Shown piece by piece: positions 9,200-18,043 of a stretch of 52,015 nucleotides of DNA. The stretch is from Candidatus Kuenenia stuttgartensis (lineage in GTDB: Bacteria; Planctomycetota; Planctomycetia; Pirellulales; UBA1268). The stretch spans positions 1 to 52,015 of the forward strand of contig CAMDDA010000003.1 in assembly GCA_945890755.1 (NCBI GenBank), given 5' to 3'. Positions within the stretch are counted from its first letter, which is position 1. Each line of letters starts with the position of its first letter. Below the pieces are notes generated by a model. It was not told the DNA's origin and searched no databases. It worked only from the letters and a program-made list of their open reading frames with translations. The translations under genes were made by a program, and so were the position numbers.

Positions 9200-10450
9200 A
9201 TGACTCACACGAGTTTTCTGAATGCTCGCAAGGGCTTCACGCTCGTCGAGCTGCTGGTGACGATCGCGATCATCGGCATCCTGCTCGGCCTGCTGCTGCC
9301 CAATCTGGCTGCGGTGCAGTCGACGGCCAAGGCTGGTGCCCAGGCCGCCACCCTGCAGTCGTTCGGTAAGGCGTTTATCGATTTTGCGACGCTTGATGGT
9401 GAAGCCCGGCTGACGACCTCCCAGTATGACCACTACCGTGACGGCGACGCCACGAAGGTGGGCTGGGTGGCCGACATCGTCAACAACAAGTTCGGCAACC
9501 CGTCGAAGAGCCTCGACCCAGTCTCGCGGTTGAAGGTCAACGAGAAGTTCTGTGACATGGCCGGCTCGGTCGAGTCGGGCACGCTCAACAACTTCCGCTG
9601 GCTCTCGAACACCGTGAACCGGCCGAGCGACAACGTGGCTGTCGCCGACAAGACGAGCATCCGGGGCACGGGCTACTTCGGCTCGAGCCAGACGGTGTGG
9701 GATGATGGTTACAACACCAACTTCGCCACCACCTGGCACTTCGGCCGCGGCGACAACGTGATCTCCGCCTCGACCGGCGCTGGTCGCTACACCACCAACG
9801 CCGACAGCCGCGACGGCAGCAAGAGCCCGCTCGACGGCGAAGGTCCGCTCTCGGCTGGCGTGCTTGCGGATGCGACGTTCGTGACGACGGCCGACAAGAT
9901 CGCGCTGATGGGTTCGGCTCGTGCCGGTGACGGTGCAGACTCGACGATCAATGCGTCGGGCACCAATGCCGCCGAGACGATCAACCGCTTCATCGACCCG
10001 ACCGGTCGGAAGCGGATCGTGAAGGTCGGCGACTTCTCGGTCGAGTCGTTCACCGACGGCCCGTCGGCAACGCGTGTCGTGGCGGAGGCTGACGCTGGTG
10101 TCTACGGCACGGCTGCTTCCGAGCAGGTGCACGAGATCAGCGATATCCAGCCGAATTGCAAGGCGAAGAAGATCCGGAATGCCAACGGCACTCTCTTCGG
10201 TGGCGGCTATGCCAATATTGTCTTTGCCGACGGCTCAGCCCGCCGCGTGAACGACACCAACGGCTACGGCGGTGCCAACAAGGGTGACGGTTGGCTCGGA
10301 CCGTTCCCGACCGATCCGAACGGCACGACCGAGACCAGCCGCAGTACCTACCGTTTCGACAACGGTGCCTACGACGAGGTCCGCGACGAGATGTTCCTTG
10401 GTCGCATGCGTAGCCAGCTGCAGCCGGGCGGTGGCTCGGGTGAGGCTTGA
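9200..10450 (+). CDS. type IV prepilin-like protein (N-terminal cleavage/methylation, C-terminal N-x-x-F-x-DG motif)
   Basis: RKG^FTLVELLVTIAIIGILLGLLLP class III signal; GYANIVFADGSA near the C-terminus; AAGGAAG RBS before ATG 9200. Confidence 0.88.
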   Translation: MTHTSFLNARKGFTLVELLVTIAIIGILLGLLLPNLAAVQSTAKAGAQAATLQSFGKAFIDFATLDGEARLTTSQYDHYRDGDATKVGWVADIVNNKFGNPSKSLDPVSRLKVNEKFCDMAGSVESGTLNNFRWLSNTVNRPSDNVAVADKTSIRGTGYFGSSQTVWDDGYNTNFATTWHFGRGDNVISASTGAGRYTTNADSRDGSKSPLDGEGPLSAGVLADATFVTTADKIALMGSARAGDGADSTINASGTNAAETINRFIDPTGRKRIVKVGDFSVESFTDGPSATRVVAEADAGVYGTAASEQVHEISDIQPNCKAKKIRNANGTLFGGGYANIVFADGSARRVNDTNGYGGANKGDGWLGPFPTDPNGTTETSRSTYRFDNGAYDEVRDEMFLGRMRSQLQPGGGSGEA

Positions 10451-10485
10451 TCTGGTGAGTCTGCCAACGGCAGTCGCCTAGTCTG

Positions 10486-10528
10486 AAAAGAGCCGGGGCC
10501 GCCTGCGGGCGGCCCCGGTTTCTTTTTT
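10486..10528 (+). terminator. intrinsic (possibly bidirectional) terminator
   Basis: Stem CCGGGGCCGCC(10493-10503)/GGCGGCCCCGG(10508-10518), loop TGCG, followed by TTTCTTTTTT and preceded by AAAAG. Confidence 0.9.
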
Positions 10529-10612
10529 GGTTGTGTTTTTGATGAGCGGGGCTGGTAGAGGCGATGTTCCTGCGGCATCATGCGAAAGGTTTCACCAATC
10601 CAGGAAACATCC

Positions 10613-12001
10613 ATGACCTCCTCGGCCCCCGATACCGGCACGCGCAAGACCAACTGGCTGGCCCTCGCGGTTGTCGCGGCGGTCGCCCTTGTCGGCGGCC
10701 TTGTAATCCGCGCAAACCGGACGCCGACCGCTCGGCAACCGTCGCGGCAGGATTGGATCGATCTGCATGCGGAGGCGGTGGCGCTCAGGGAGCGCGGAGC
10801 TTACGCGGGAGCCAAGCGGGCTGCTATGGCGGCGCTTGAGCTCGCGCCGAAAGTATATGGTCCGCGGCATTTTGCGGTCGGCGAGTCGCTCAACATCATG
10901 GGGCTCATCCTCACTGACGAGGCCAACTACGACGAGGCGCTGGCTGCCTACGAGCAGGCGGCCGTTCTGATGCGGGATGTGTTTGGCCCGCAGAGCAAGG
11001 AGACAGCGCAGATCGCCGGCAATCTCGGGCAGACACTCACCAGGCTCGGCCGCTTCGACGAGGCCCGACCGCTCTATGAGAAGGCGCTCGAGATCACCGA
11101 AGGTCTGGCGGGCCCGGATGACCCGGCCACGCTGATGGCCGTCAACAATCTGGGGGTGATGTTCGATGCTGCCGGTGACCACGCCGCCGCGATGCCGCTG
11201 CACGAGCGTGTGTTCAAGGCACGGCGGGCCCAGTTTGGCCCGGCCGATCCGCGGACGGCGGAGGCCATGGGCAATCTCGCCATCTCGCTTACCCAGATGG
11301 CCGATGCTGAGAAGCTTGCGGTCGGCGCAAAATCCGATGCCAAGAAGCGAGACGAGGACCTTGCGCGGGCGGCCGGGCTCTACGAACAGGTGCTCGCCGT
11401 GCAAGGCCGGCTCATGCTCCCCGATTCGCTCCCGATCGCCAACTCGCTCAGCGGTGCGGCAAACGTCGCCAGGCTCCAGGGCCGGCTCTCCGACGCCGCT
11501 CGCATGGCACTCGAGGGGCTCACGGTGCGGCAGGCAAAGCTCGGCATGGGACATCCCACCACGGCCACCTCGTTTGACGGCCTCGCCAAGGTGCGGGCCG
11601 CCCAAGGGCAAGACGACGAGGCCGAGGAACTCTTCAATGCCGCCCTCGACGTGCGGCTCAAACGGCTCGGGCCTGCCCATCCCAAGACGCTCGAGTCGCT
11701 GCGGTCGCTCGCCGACTTCCACCTAGCCCGCAAAAACCACAAGGCTGCCGAGAAGCCGCTGCGGGCCATCGTGGAGGTGCGGGAGAAGACTGACGGTGCC
11801 GAGGCCGTGGCACTGATCGCGCCGCTGGAATCGCTCGCCGTCGTGCTCAAGGCCACCGATCGCGGGAAGGAGGCCGACGAGATCACCGCCCGCGTCAGGA
11901 ACATCCGGGAAGCGGAAAAGAAAGCAGCCGAGGAGGCGGCGAAGACCGCGACGCCCGACGCGAAGGCCCCGGTAGAGGCAGCGGCTGCTCCTGCGAAGTA
12001 G
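10613..12001 (+). CDS. membrane-anchored TPR protein (kinesin light chain-like TPR_10/12 repeats)
   Basis: N-terminal TM (WLALAVVAAVALVGGLVI); about 42-aa repeats with G-x-x-HP-x-T/NNL-type motifs (GPRHFAVGESLN, GPDDPATLMAVNNLG, GMGHPTTATS, GPAHPKT). Confidence 0.85.
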   Translation: MTSSAPDTGTRKTNWLALAVVAAVALVGGLVIRANRTPTARQPSRQDWIDLHAEAVALRERGAYAGAKRAAMAALELAPKVYGPRHFAVGESLNIMGLILTDEANYDEALAAYEQAAVLMRDVFGPQSKETAQIAGNLGQTLTRLGRFDEARPLYEKALEITEGLAGPDDPATLMAVNNLGVMFDAAGDHAAAMPLHERVFKARRAQFGPADPRTAEAMGNLAISLTQMADAEKLAVGAKSDAKKRDEDLARAAGLYEQVLAVQGRLMLPDSLPIANSLSGAANVARLQGRLSDAARMALEGLTVRQAKLGMGHPTTATSFDGLAKVRAAQGQDDEAEELFNAALDVRLKRLGPAHPKTLESLRSLADFHLARKNHKAAEKPLRAIVEVREKTDGAEAVALIAPLESLAVVLKATDRGKEADEITARVRNIREAEKKAAEEAAKTATPDAKAPVEAAAAPAK

Positions 12002-12060
12002 AATCCTCGTGGGGCCGTTTGTCCCGAGAACTTGTCCCGCGAACCTCTCGAATAACCGCC

Positions 12061-14130
12061 ATGGCCACCGTTACCTCCCCTGCGTACACGCCGTCCGGAC
12101 TCGACCGCGCTGGTGCTGACGCCCCGGGCGACTCCGAGGCGACCGTTGCGACCACCCCCCGAGGCAACACGCTCTTCAAGTGGCAGATCGGCGCCACGCT
12201 CGTCGGCGGCACGCTCCTGCTCTGCTCGGTGATCGCGCAATTGCTCTGGTCGAAGGAGCTCTATCCTGCGATCCCCGCGGCGCTAGCCATGCTCATGCTC
12301 GGAGCGCCGCTCGTCTACGCAGCCATTCAAGACCTGCTCAAGGGGGAGGCGGGCATGAACGCGCTCGTCGCCCTCGCCGTGATCGGCGCGGCCGCCACCG
12401 GCAAATCCCAGGAGAGCGCGGCGATCGCGTTCTTCATGATCGTGTCGGGGCTCATCGAGAAGCGGACGGCGATCGGAGCCGAGGCGAGCATCGAGTCGCT
12501 GATCAAGCTCTCGCCCACCAAGGCCGCCCGGCTCCGGGAGGGGGGGGGCGAAGAGATGGTGGAGGCGAAGGTGCTCAGGCCCGGCGATCTCGTGCGCGTG
12601 CGCCCCGGTGACAACATCCCCGCCGACGGTCGCGTGGTCACCGGCACGAGCACGATCAACCAGGCGAGCATCACCGGCGAATCGCTGCCGGTCGATAAGA
12701 TCGGCGGCGACGAGGTGTTTGGCGGCACGATCAATCTCACGGGCGTGATCGACGTGGAGGTGACGAAGGCCGGGGCCGACACGCTCCTGGGCCGCGTCAA
12801 GGATCTGATTCTGCAGGCTGAGAAGACCAAGACGCCGATCATGCGGCTCGTGGACCAATACGCCGCCTGGTACACGCCGACCGTGCTCATGCTCGTGGGC
12901 GTGGTGCTCTTCTTCGCCCTGCGGAGCGACCCCGACACGGCCTTTGACCGGGCGATCGCGATGCTCGTGATCGCCTGTCCGAGCGCGCTGATTCTCGCCA
13001 CGCCCACGGCGATGGTGGCCGGGCTCTCGGCCGCCGCCCGGCTGGGCGTGCTGATCAAGAGCGTGGTCACGCTCGAGGCCGCGCGGAACCTCACGGCGAT
13101 CGTGTTTGACAAGACGGGCACGCTGACGACGGGCATTTTGCAGGTGACGCGGCTCTCGCCCCAGGAGGGCGTGGAGCCCGGGGACCTCCTCAGGCTGGCA
13201 GCCTGTGCCGAGCAGGACAGCCGACATCCCGTTGCCCGGGCCGTGACCGAAATGGCCCGCAAGGCGAAGCTCAAGCTCGCGCGGCCGACCGAGTTCGAGG
13301 AGGTCGCGGGCAAGGGTGTGCGGGCGGAGATTGACGGACGCAAGGTGCTCGTGGGCCGCGGCACGTGGCTCTCGGACAAGGGCAATGGGCTCTCGGGCGC
13401 GGGCGTGGCCGCGATCAACGAGATTCAGGCGTCGAGCGAGGCCGACGGCCTGAGCGTGCTGTATGTCGTGCGCGACGGCGAACTGGCAGGCTGGATCGGC
13501 CTCGAAGACAACGCCCGCCCGGAGGCGGCCGAGGCAGTGGACCGGCTCCGCGATCTCGGCCTCAAGCGGCTCGTGATCCTGACGGGCGATCGCCGAAGCG
13601 TGGCGAAGCGGGTGGCCGAACAGATGCACTTCAGCGAGTACAAGGCGGAAGTGCTGCCGCACGAGAAGCTCGAGATGGTGGACGAGCTCAAGGCCAAGGG
13701 GCACCGCGTGGCGGTGATCGGCGACGGCGTAAACGACGCCCCGGCCCTCGCCGCCGGCGACATCTCGATCGCGATGGGCGCCGCCGGCAGCGACGTGGCC
13801 ATCCACTCGGCCTCGATCGCACTCATGAACTCGAACCTCAACCGCGTGCCCTTCTTGGTGGAACTCTCGCGGCGGACGATCTCGGTGATCCGGCAGAACA
13901 TGATCATCGGCGGGCTCTTCATCCTGGTCTTCATGTCGCTTGCCGGGGCGGGCTATGTGACGCCCGTGTGGGCGGCGTTTCTGCACATCGTGAGCGGCCT
14001 GATCGTGATCTTCAATTCCGCGCGGCTGGTGCGCAGCGGCGAGGAGATCGAGCAGGCCGAGGCGGATCGGCTCGCGGAGATCGCCCGGCGGAAGGCGCGG
14101 ACCGCCCGCATCGCCGCGGCGGCGACGTGA
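12061..14130 (+). CDS. heavy-metal translocating P1B-type ATPase (CPS motif, no N-terminal metal-binding domain)
   Basis: TGES, IACPSAL, DKTGT, SRHP, TGD, GDGVNDAPALA motifs. Confidence 0.93.
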   Translation: MATVTSPAYTPSGLDRAGADAPGDSEATVATTPRGNTLFKWQIGATLVGGTLLLCSVIAQLLWSKELYPAIPAALAMLMLGAPLVYAAIQDLLKGEAGMNALVALAVIGAAATGKSQESAAIAFFMIVSGLIEKRTAIGAEASIESLIKLSPTKAARLREGGGEEMVEAKVLRPGDLVRVRPGDNIPADGRVVTGTSTINQASITGESLPVDKIGGDEVFGGTINLTGVIDVEVTKAGADTLLGRVKDLILQAEKTKTPIMRLVDQYAAWYTPTVLMLVGVVLFFALRSDPDTAFDRAIAMLVIACPSALILATPTAMVAGLSAAARLGVLIKSVVTLEAARNLTAIVFDKTGTLTTGILQVTRLSPQEGVEPGDLLRLAACAEQDSRHPVARAVTEMARKAKLKLARPTEFEEVAGKGVRAEIDGRKVLVGRGTWLSDKGNGLSGAGVAAINEIQASSEADGLSVLYVVRDGELAGWIGLEDNARPEAAEAVDRLRDLGLKRLVILTGDRRSVAKRVAEQMHFSEYKAEVLPHEKLEMVDELKAKGHRVAVIGDGVNDAPALAAGDISIAMGAAGSDVAIHSASIALMNSNLNRVPFLVELSRRTISVIRQNMIIGGLFILVFMSLAGAGYVTPVWAAFLHIVSGLIVIFNSARLVRSGEEIEQAEADRLAEIARRKARTARIAAAAT

Positions 14131-15569
14131 GCCGAGCCGGGATGCTCGCGGCGGCTGTGATCGTGGCGGCCGCCACGCTCGTGGCCCACGCGCCAGCCTG
14201 GCGGGGAGCGTTTGTCTCGGACGACATCTCCGAGATCGCCGAGAACCCGGCGATCCGCGTGCTTTGGCCGCCGTGGGTGCCGATGTTCGAGGGCACGCCG
14301 CTGCCGCACCGGCCGCTGCCCTACTACACGTTCGCCTTGAACTACGCCGCCCACGGCCTCGACCCGTGGGGCTATCACGCTGTGAATCTCGTGATCCATC
14401 TCGCCAACGGCTGGCTCGTGTGGTGGGTGGGGCGGGAGATTCTGCGACGGCTGAGCGGCGGGGAGGCCTCCGGGGGAGTCGCGCTGGCGGCGGCGACGCT
14501 CTGGCTCGTGCATCCCTTGTGCACGCAGGCTGTGGACTACATCTACCAGCGGATCGAGTCGCTCGGGGCGCTGGCGCTCCTCGGGACAGTCGCCTGTTTT
14601 CTGCGGGGGACGATGTCTCCGCGGCCAGCCCGATGGCTCGCGGCGAGCGTGGCGGCGAGTGCGGCGGGCATGCTCTGCAAGGAGCACGTGGCGGCCGCCC
14701 CGGTCGCCGTGCTGCTCGTCGACTGGCTCGCCCTTCGCTGGCGGCCCGCTGCGGCCTGGCAATCACTCGTGGAGGCGTTGCGATCCCGGCCGATTTATTA
14801 CGCCGTGCTCTTCGCCACGCCGCTCATCGCCGTGGGCCTCGTGATCCTCCAACGCGACAGGTATACCGACTTCAGGCAGCCGCTCGCCGGCCCGCTCCTG
14901 TATGCCGCGAATCAGCCGCTCGTGATTGGGGAGTATCTCGCGCGGGCAGTGTGGCCCGCGCGGCTGTGCATCGACTGGTATCGGCTGCCCATAGAAAACC
15001 CCGCCCTGCTGGCCCCCGGTGTCGCGGCCGTGGTGCTCGTCCTGGCGGTGGCGGCCTGGGGCGTGCGGCACGCCCGGGGCGTCGCGCTGGTGATCCTGCT
15101 CTTTCTCGCGCTCCTCGGCCCGACGTCGAGTGTGCTGCCGGTCAACGACCTGATGGTTGAACACCGGATGTATCTGCCGCTTGCGGTTCTCTGCGTGGGC
15201 GTGTGTGCCGTCGGACACGGGCTGATCAGCCGGCACCTGCCGGCTGCATCGCGGCAGGCCGCCGCGATCGGCGCGACTGTGCTTGTCGCGTGTGCGCTTG
15301 CCGCCACGACCTGGAACCGCTGCCATGCCTATCAGTCGCGGCTCGTAATGTGGGCGGACGTGGTCACCAAGGCCCCCCGCAATCCTCGGGGCTGGCAGAC
15401 GCTCGCCGTGGAACTCTGGCAGGCTGGCGCGCTCGAAGAGGCGCTCGAGTCCGCGGACCGCAGCCTCGCGATCGTCCCGGACGCGGCAGTGACGCAGGCC
15501 ACACGGGCGGCCATTCTCGTAGACATCGACCGCCGGCAGCAGGAGGGATCCGTCTCGACGGGTCAGTGA
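14127..15569 (+). CDS. TMTC-like GT-C glycosyltransferase with short TPR tail
   Basis: FVSDD, HRPLPYYTFALN, GYHAVNLVIHLAN, LVHPLCTQAVDYIYQRIE, KE, VEHRMYLP; GTG 14127 overlaps the ATPase stop. Confidence 0.82.
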   Translation: MSRAGMLAAAVIVAAATLVAHAPAWRGAFVSDDISEIAENPAIRVLWPPWVPMFEGTPLPHRPLPYYTFALNYAAHGLDPWGYHAVNLVIHLANGWLVWWVGREILRRLSGGEASGGVALAAATLWLVHPLCTQAVDYIYQRIESLGALALLGTVACFLRGTMSPRPARWLAASVAASAAGMLCKEHVAAAPVAVLLVDWLALRWRPAAAWQSLVEALRSRPIYYAVLFATPLIAVGLVILQRDRYTDFRQPLAGPLLYAANQPLVIGEYLARAVWPARLCIDWYRLPIENPALLAPGVAAVVLVLAVAAWGVRHARGVALVILLFLALLGPTSSVLPVNDLMVEHRMYLPLAVLCVGVCAVGHGLISRHLPAASRQAAAIGATVLVACALAATTWNRCHAYQSRLVMWADVVTKAPRNPRGWQTLAVELWQAGALEEALESADRSLAIVPDAAVTQATRAAILVDIDRRQQEGSVSTGQ

Positions 15570-15574
15570 GCCGC

Positions 15575-16399
15575 ATGCAGACCGATCAGTTTCAGCTTCA
15601 TGCCGAGATCGAGAATCGCCACTGGTGGTTCTGCGGCCGCCGGCGGATCGTGCGACAGCTGCTGGCGGAGATCGCCCCTCCGCAGACCGGCCGGCGGGTC
15701 GTGGACGTGGGCTGCGGCACCGGGGCCAACATCGCCTCGCTCGCCGACGCCTACGCCTGCCACGGGATCGACCCGTCGGCCGAGGGCATCGCGCTTGCCC
15801 GCCGGCGGTTTCCGGCCGTGCAGTTCACCTGCGGGCTGGCTCCCGACGCCTTCGGCCCCGAGGAACGTGACGCCGACGTGATGCTCGCGATGGACGTGAT
15901 GGAGCACGTTCCCGATGACTTTACGTTTGCGAGCAGCCTGCTCGGGGCGCTGAAGCCCGGGGGCCATCTGCTCGTGACGGTGCCGGCCGACGAGTCGCTC
16001 TGGAGCCCGCACGACGAAAACTTCGGTCACTACCGCCGCTACACGAGGCAGCGGCTGGAACGGGTGTGGCGGGACCTGCCCGTCACGCCGCTGCTCGTCT
16101 CCCACTACATGGCCAGGCTCCTGCCGGCGGTGCGGACGATCCGGAGACTCAACCGGCTGCGGGGCCGGTCGGCCGGCGCGGCGGGGACCGATTTCACGAT
16201 GCCGCCGGCATGGGTCAATGCCGTGCTTGAGCGGACATTTGCCGGCGAAGCTGCCCGCTTGGTGGCCACGATGCGCGAACCTGCCCGGGCCTACCGCAGC
16301 GGCGTGAGCCTGATCGCGATCCTCCGGCGGGAGCCGGGCGACGTGATGCCCCGGTCACGGCCGGCCGACGTCGCCGCCGACCGGCACCAGCCCCGGTAG
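15575..16399 (+). CDS. class I SAM-dependent methyltransferase
   Basis: E-x-x-HWWF-x-x-RR N-terminus, VDVGCGTG motif I, DVMEH, VTVPA, HDENFGHYRRY. Confidence 0.88.
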   Translation: MQTDQFQLHAEIENRHWWFCGRRRIVRQLLAEIAPPQTGRRVVDVGCGTGANIASLADAYACHGIDPSAEGIALARRRFPAVQFTCGLAPDAFGPEERDADVMLAMDVMEHVPDDFTFASSLLGALKPGGHLLVTVPADESLWSPHDENFGHYRRYTRQRLERVWRDLPVTPLLVSHYMARLLPAVRTIRRLNRLRGRSAGAAGTDFTMPPAWVNAVLERTFAGEAARLVATMREPARAYRSGVSLIAILRREPGDVMPRSRPADVAADRHQPR

Positions 16400-18043
16400 C
16401 CGGGACCGCTTCAAGACCACGACCGCGTCGTTCGCATGGAGCGGCGTCCAGGCGTCGGCACCACCGGGGAGTGTTTTGGAGAAGTCGAGGGGCACGATCA
16501 TCACATCGACCCGTTCGAGTCGTGGCGCGGGATCGCCCTTTTGGTACCAGGCACGGGTTTCCGCGACGATGTCGTCGTATGCGGGTGTGAGGTAGGGATG
16601 GCCGTGCAGCGGCGTCAGCCCCGTGTAGGTGGCGGAGAGGTAGTTGTAGTCCTCCCACGAGTCATCATTCGGGCTGATCACAAGCAGGATTCCCGTAATA
16701 CGGGCACGCTCCAAAAAGCCGAAGGCATCGGCGAGCGCCGGCGACATGTGGCAGTCCCGCGGCCGATCCGCGGGCTGATTCCACATGCCGACGAGGAAGG
16801 TCGTGTTGTCGAGCACGGCCAGGCCAGCCAAAGCCGCCGCGAGAGCAATGCGGCCAGCATGCCGCGCGAGCCCGCCGCCCGGATGAACTGGAGAGGAGAA
16901 CGCCCAGCCGAGCCCCCGCTGCACGAGCGGCAGGCCGAGCAGGCACAGCGGCAGCCAGGTGTAGCCCCGCGTGAAATGAAGCGGCTGCCGCGCCGGCAGG
17001 AAGAGCTCGTGCTTGGCCAGGCAAAATGAGACCGCCGCGGCGAAGAGGAAGAACGTCATCTCGGGCCGCCAGTCATGGCGATCCCGCCAGCAGCGGGCGG
17101 CCGCGAGGGTGAAGACGGGCACACCTGCGGCCAGCAGGCTCACCAGGCTGAGATTCCACTCGAGCGACCAGCGGCCGTGGATGTCTTGATGCTGGGGAAA
17201 TCGGGGCAGGTAGCCGAAGTAGTAGCCGCAGAAGGCGATGAACACGGCAAGGTGTGCGACCGCGGGCCATTCGATTCGTCGGCGGGTGACCGCACGCCAG
17301 GCGAGCCACGCCCCGAGGACGAGCAGATGCTGGATGCCGGAAAACGGGTGTGTGGCCGCGAGGGCCGCGATGCAGCCGACCGCCACCCCCGGTTGGCCGC
17401 GAACGACGGCCAGCCATGCCCCCACCACGAGCGCATGGTAGGTCGCCTCGGTCGGCAGGATCAGGTTGCGGCCCCAGTTCAGAAACCACATGCCGTCGAA
17501 CGGATCGTGTTGAAGCAGAAAAGAACCGATCGGTCGCCCGAGTGCGAGATTTGTCGCCACGGCCGTGACGACGAGCAGGCCGCCCCCCCACATCGTGACG
17601 AGATAGCAGGGCACGAGATAGCGAGATGACGGCAGGACTGCCTCGACCAGGCGAAACGTGAGATAGGCGCAGGCGAGGCCGCCCATCGCCCCGAGCAGGC
17701 AGAGCGTGAACCCGGGATCGAGTCCGACGAGCTTCGTGCCTGCCCCGAGCAGCCACGGGAGCCAGTGCCAGTAGATCACCGGGGCCGCCGGATCGGGGTC
17801 GTAGGGATTGCAGTAGGCCAGTCCGTTGCCCCGCTCAAAGATCTCCCGGCCATTCGCACAGTAATACGCACAGTCGAGGATGATGAAGCCCGTCGGCCGA
17901 TTGGGGCCGAGCATCACGTGGGCCAGATACACCGACCAGAACGGCAACACGGCCACGAACGCCCACCGGGCAACGAACGTGGGCAGTTGATGAGATGCCG
18001 ACGCAGCTCGCGGCTCCGTATCTGCAAGTGTTTCTCTAGTCAC
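16355..18043 (-). CDS. polytopic membrane protein, family A copy 1 (putative GT-C)
   Basis: GF-x3-D-x-AYY-x-ANGREIFERGNG...NPYD loop after the first TM, many TMs and a soluble C-terminal domain; GTG 18043 overlaps the upstream stop. Confidence 0.65.
   Translation of the reverse strand: MTRETLADTEPRAASASHQLPTFVARWAFVAVLPFWSVYLAHVMLGPNRPTGFIILDCAYYCANGREIFERGNGLAYCNPYDPDPAAPVIYWHWLPWLLGAGTKLVGLDPGFTLCLLGAMGGLACAYLTFRLVEAVLPSSRYLVPCYLVTMWGGGLLVVTAVATNLALGRPIGSFLLQHDPFDGMWFLNWGRNLILPTEATYHALVVGAWLAVVRGQPGVAVGCIAALAATHPFSGIQHLLVLGAWLAWRAVTRRRIEWPAVAHLAVFIAFCGYYFGYLPRFPQHQDIHGRWSLEWNLSLVSLLAAGVPVFTLAAARCWRDRHDWRPEMTFFLFAAAVSFCLAKHELFLPARQPLHFTRGYTWLPLCLLGLPLVQRGLGWAFSSPVHPGGGLARHAGRIALAAALAGLAVLDNTTFLVGMWNQPADRPRDCHMSPALADAFGFLERARITGILLVISPNDDSWEDYNYLSATYTGLTPLHGHPYLTPAYDDIVAETRAWYQKGDPAPRLERVDVMIVPLDFSKTLPGGADAWTPLHANDAVVVLKRSRLPGLVPVGGDVGRP

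Noticed and set aside
13365-14126. N-terminal extension of the 734-aa ORF (apparent ATPase-TMTC overlap)
   Set aside because: Out-of-frame overlap with the ATPase; the real start is GTG 14127 or ATG 14142.
12283-14766. 827-aa minus-strand ORF, and similar long antisense ORFs (1048..2634, 24456..26573, 28784..30721, 42315..44276, 44021..45874, 47501..49135)
   Set aside because: Arg/Gly/His-rich shadows lying opposite well-supported genes.
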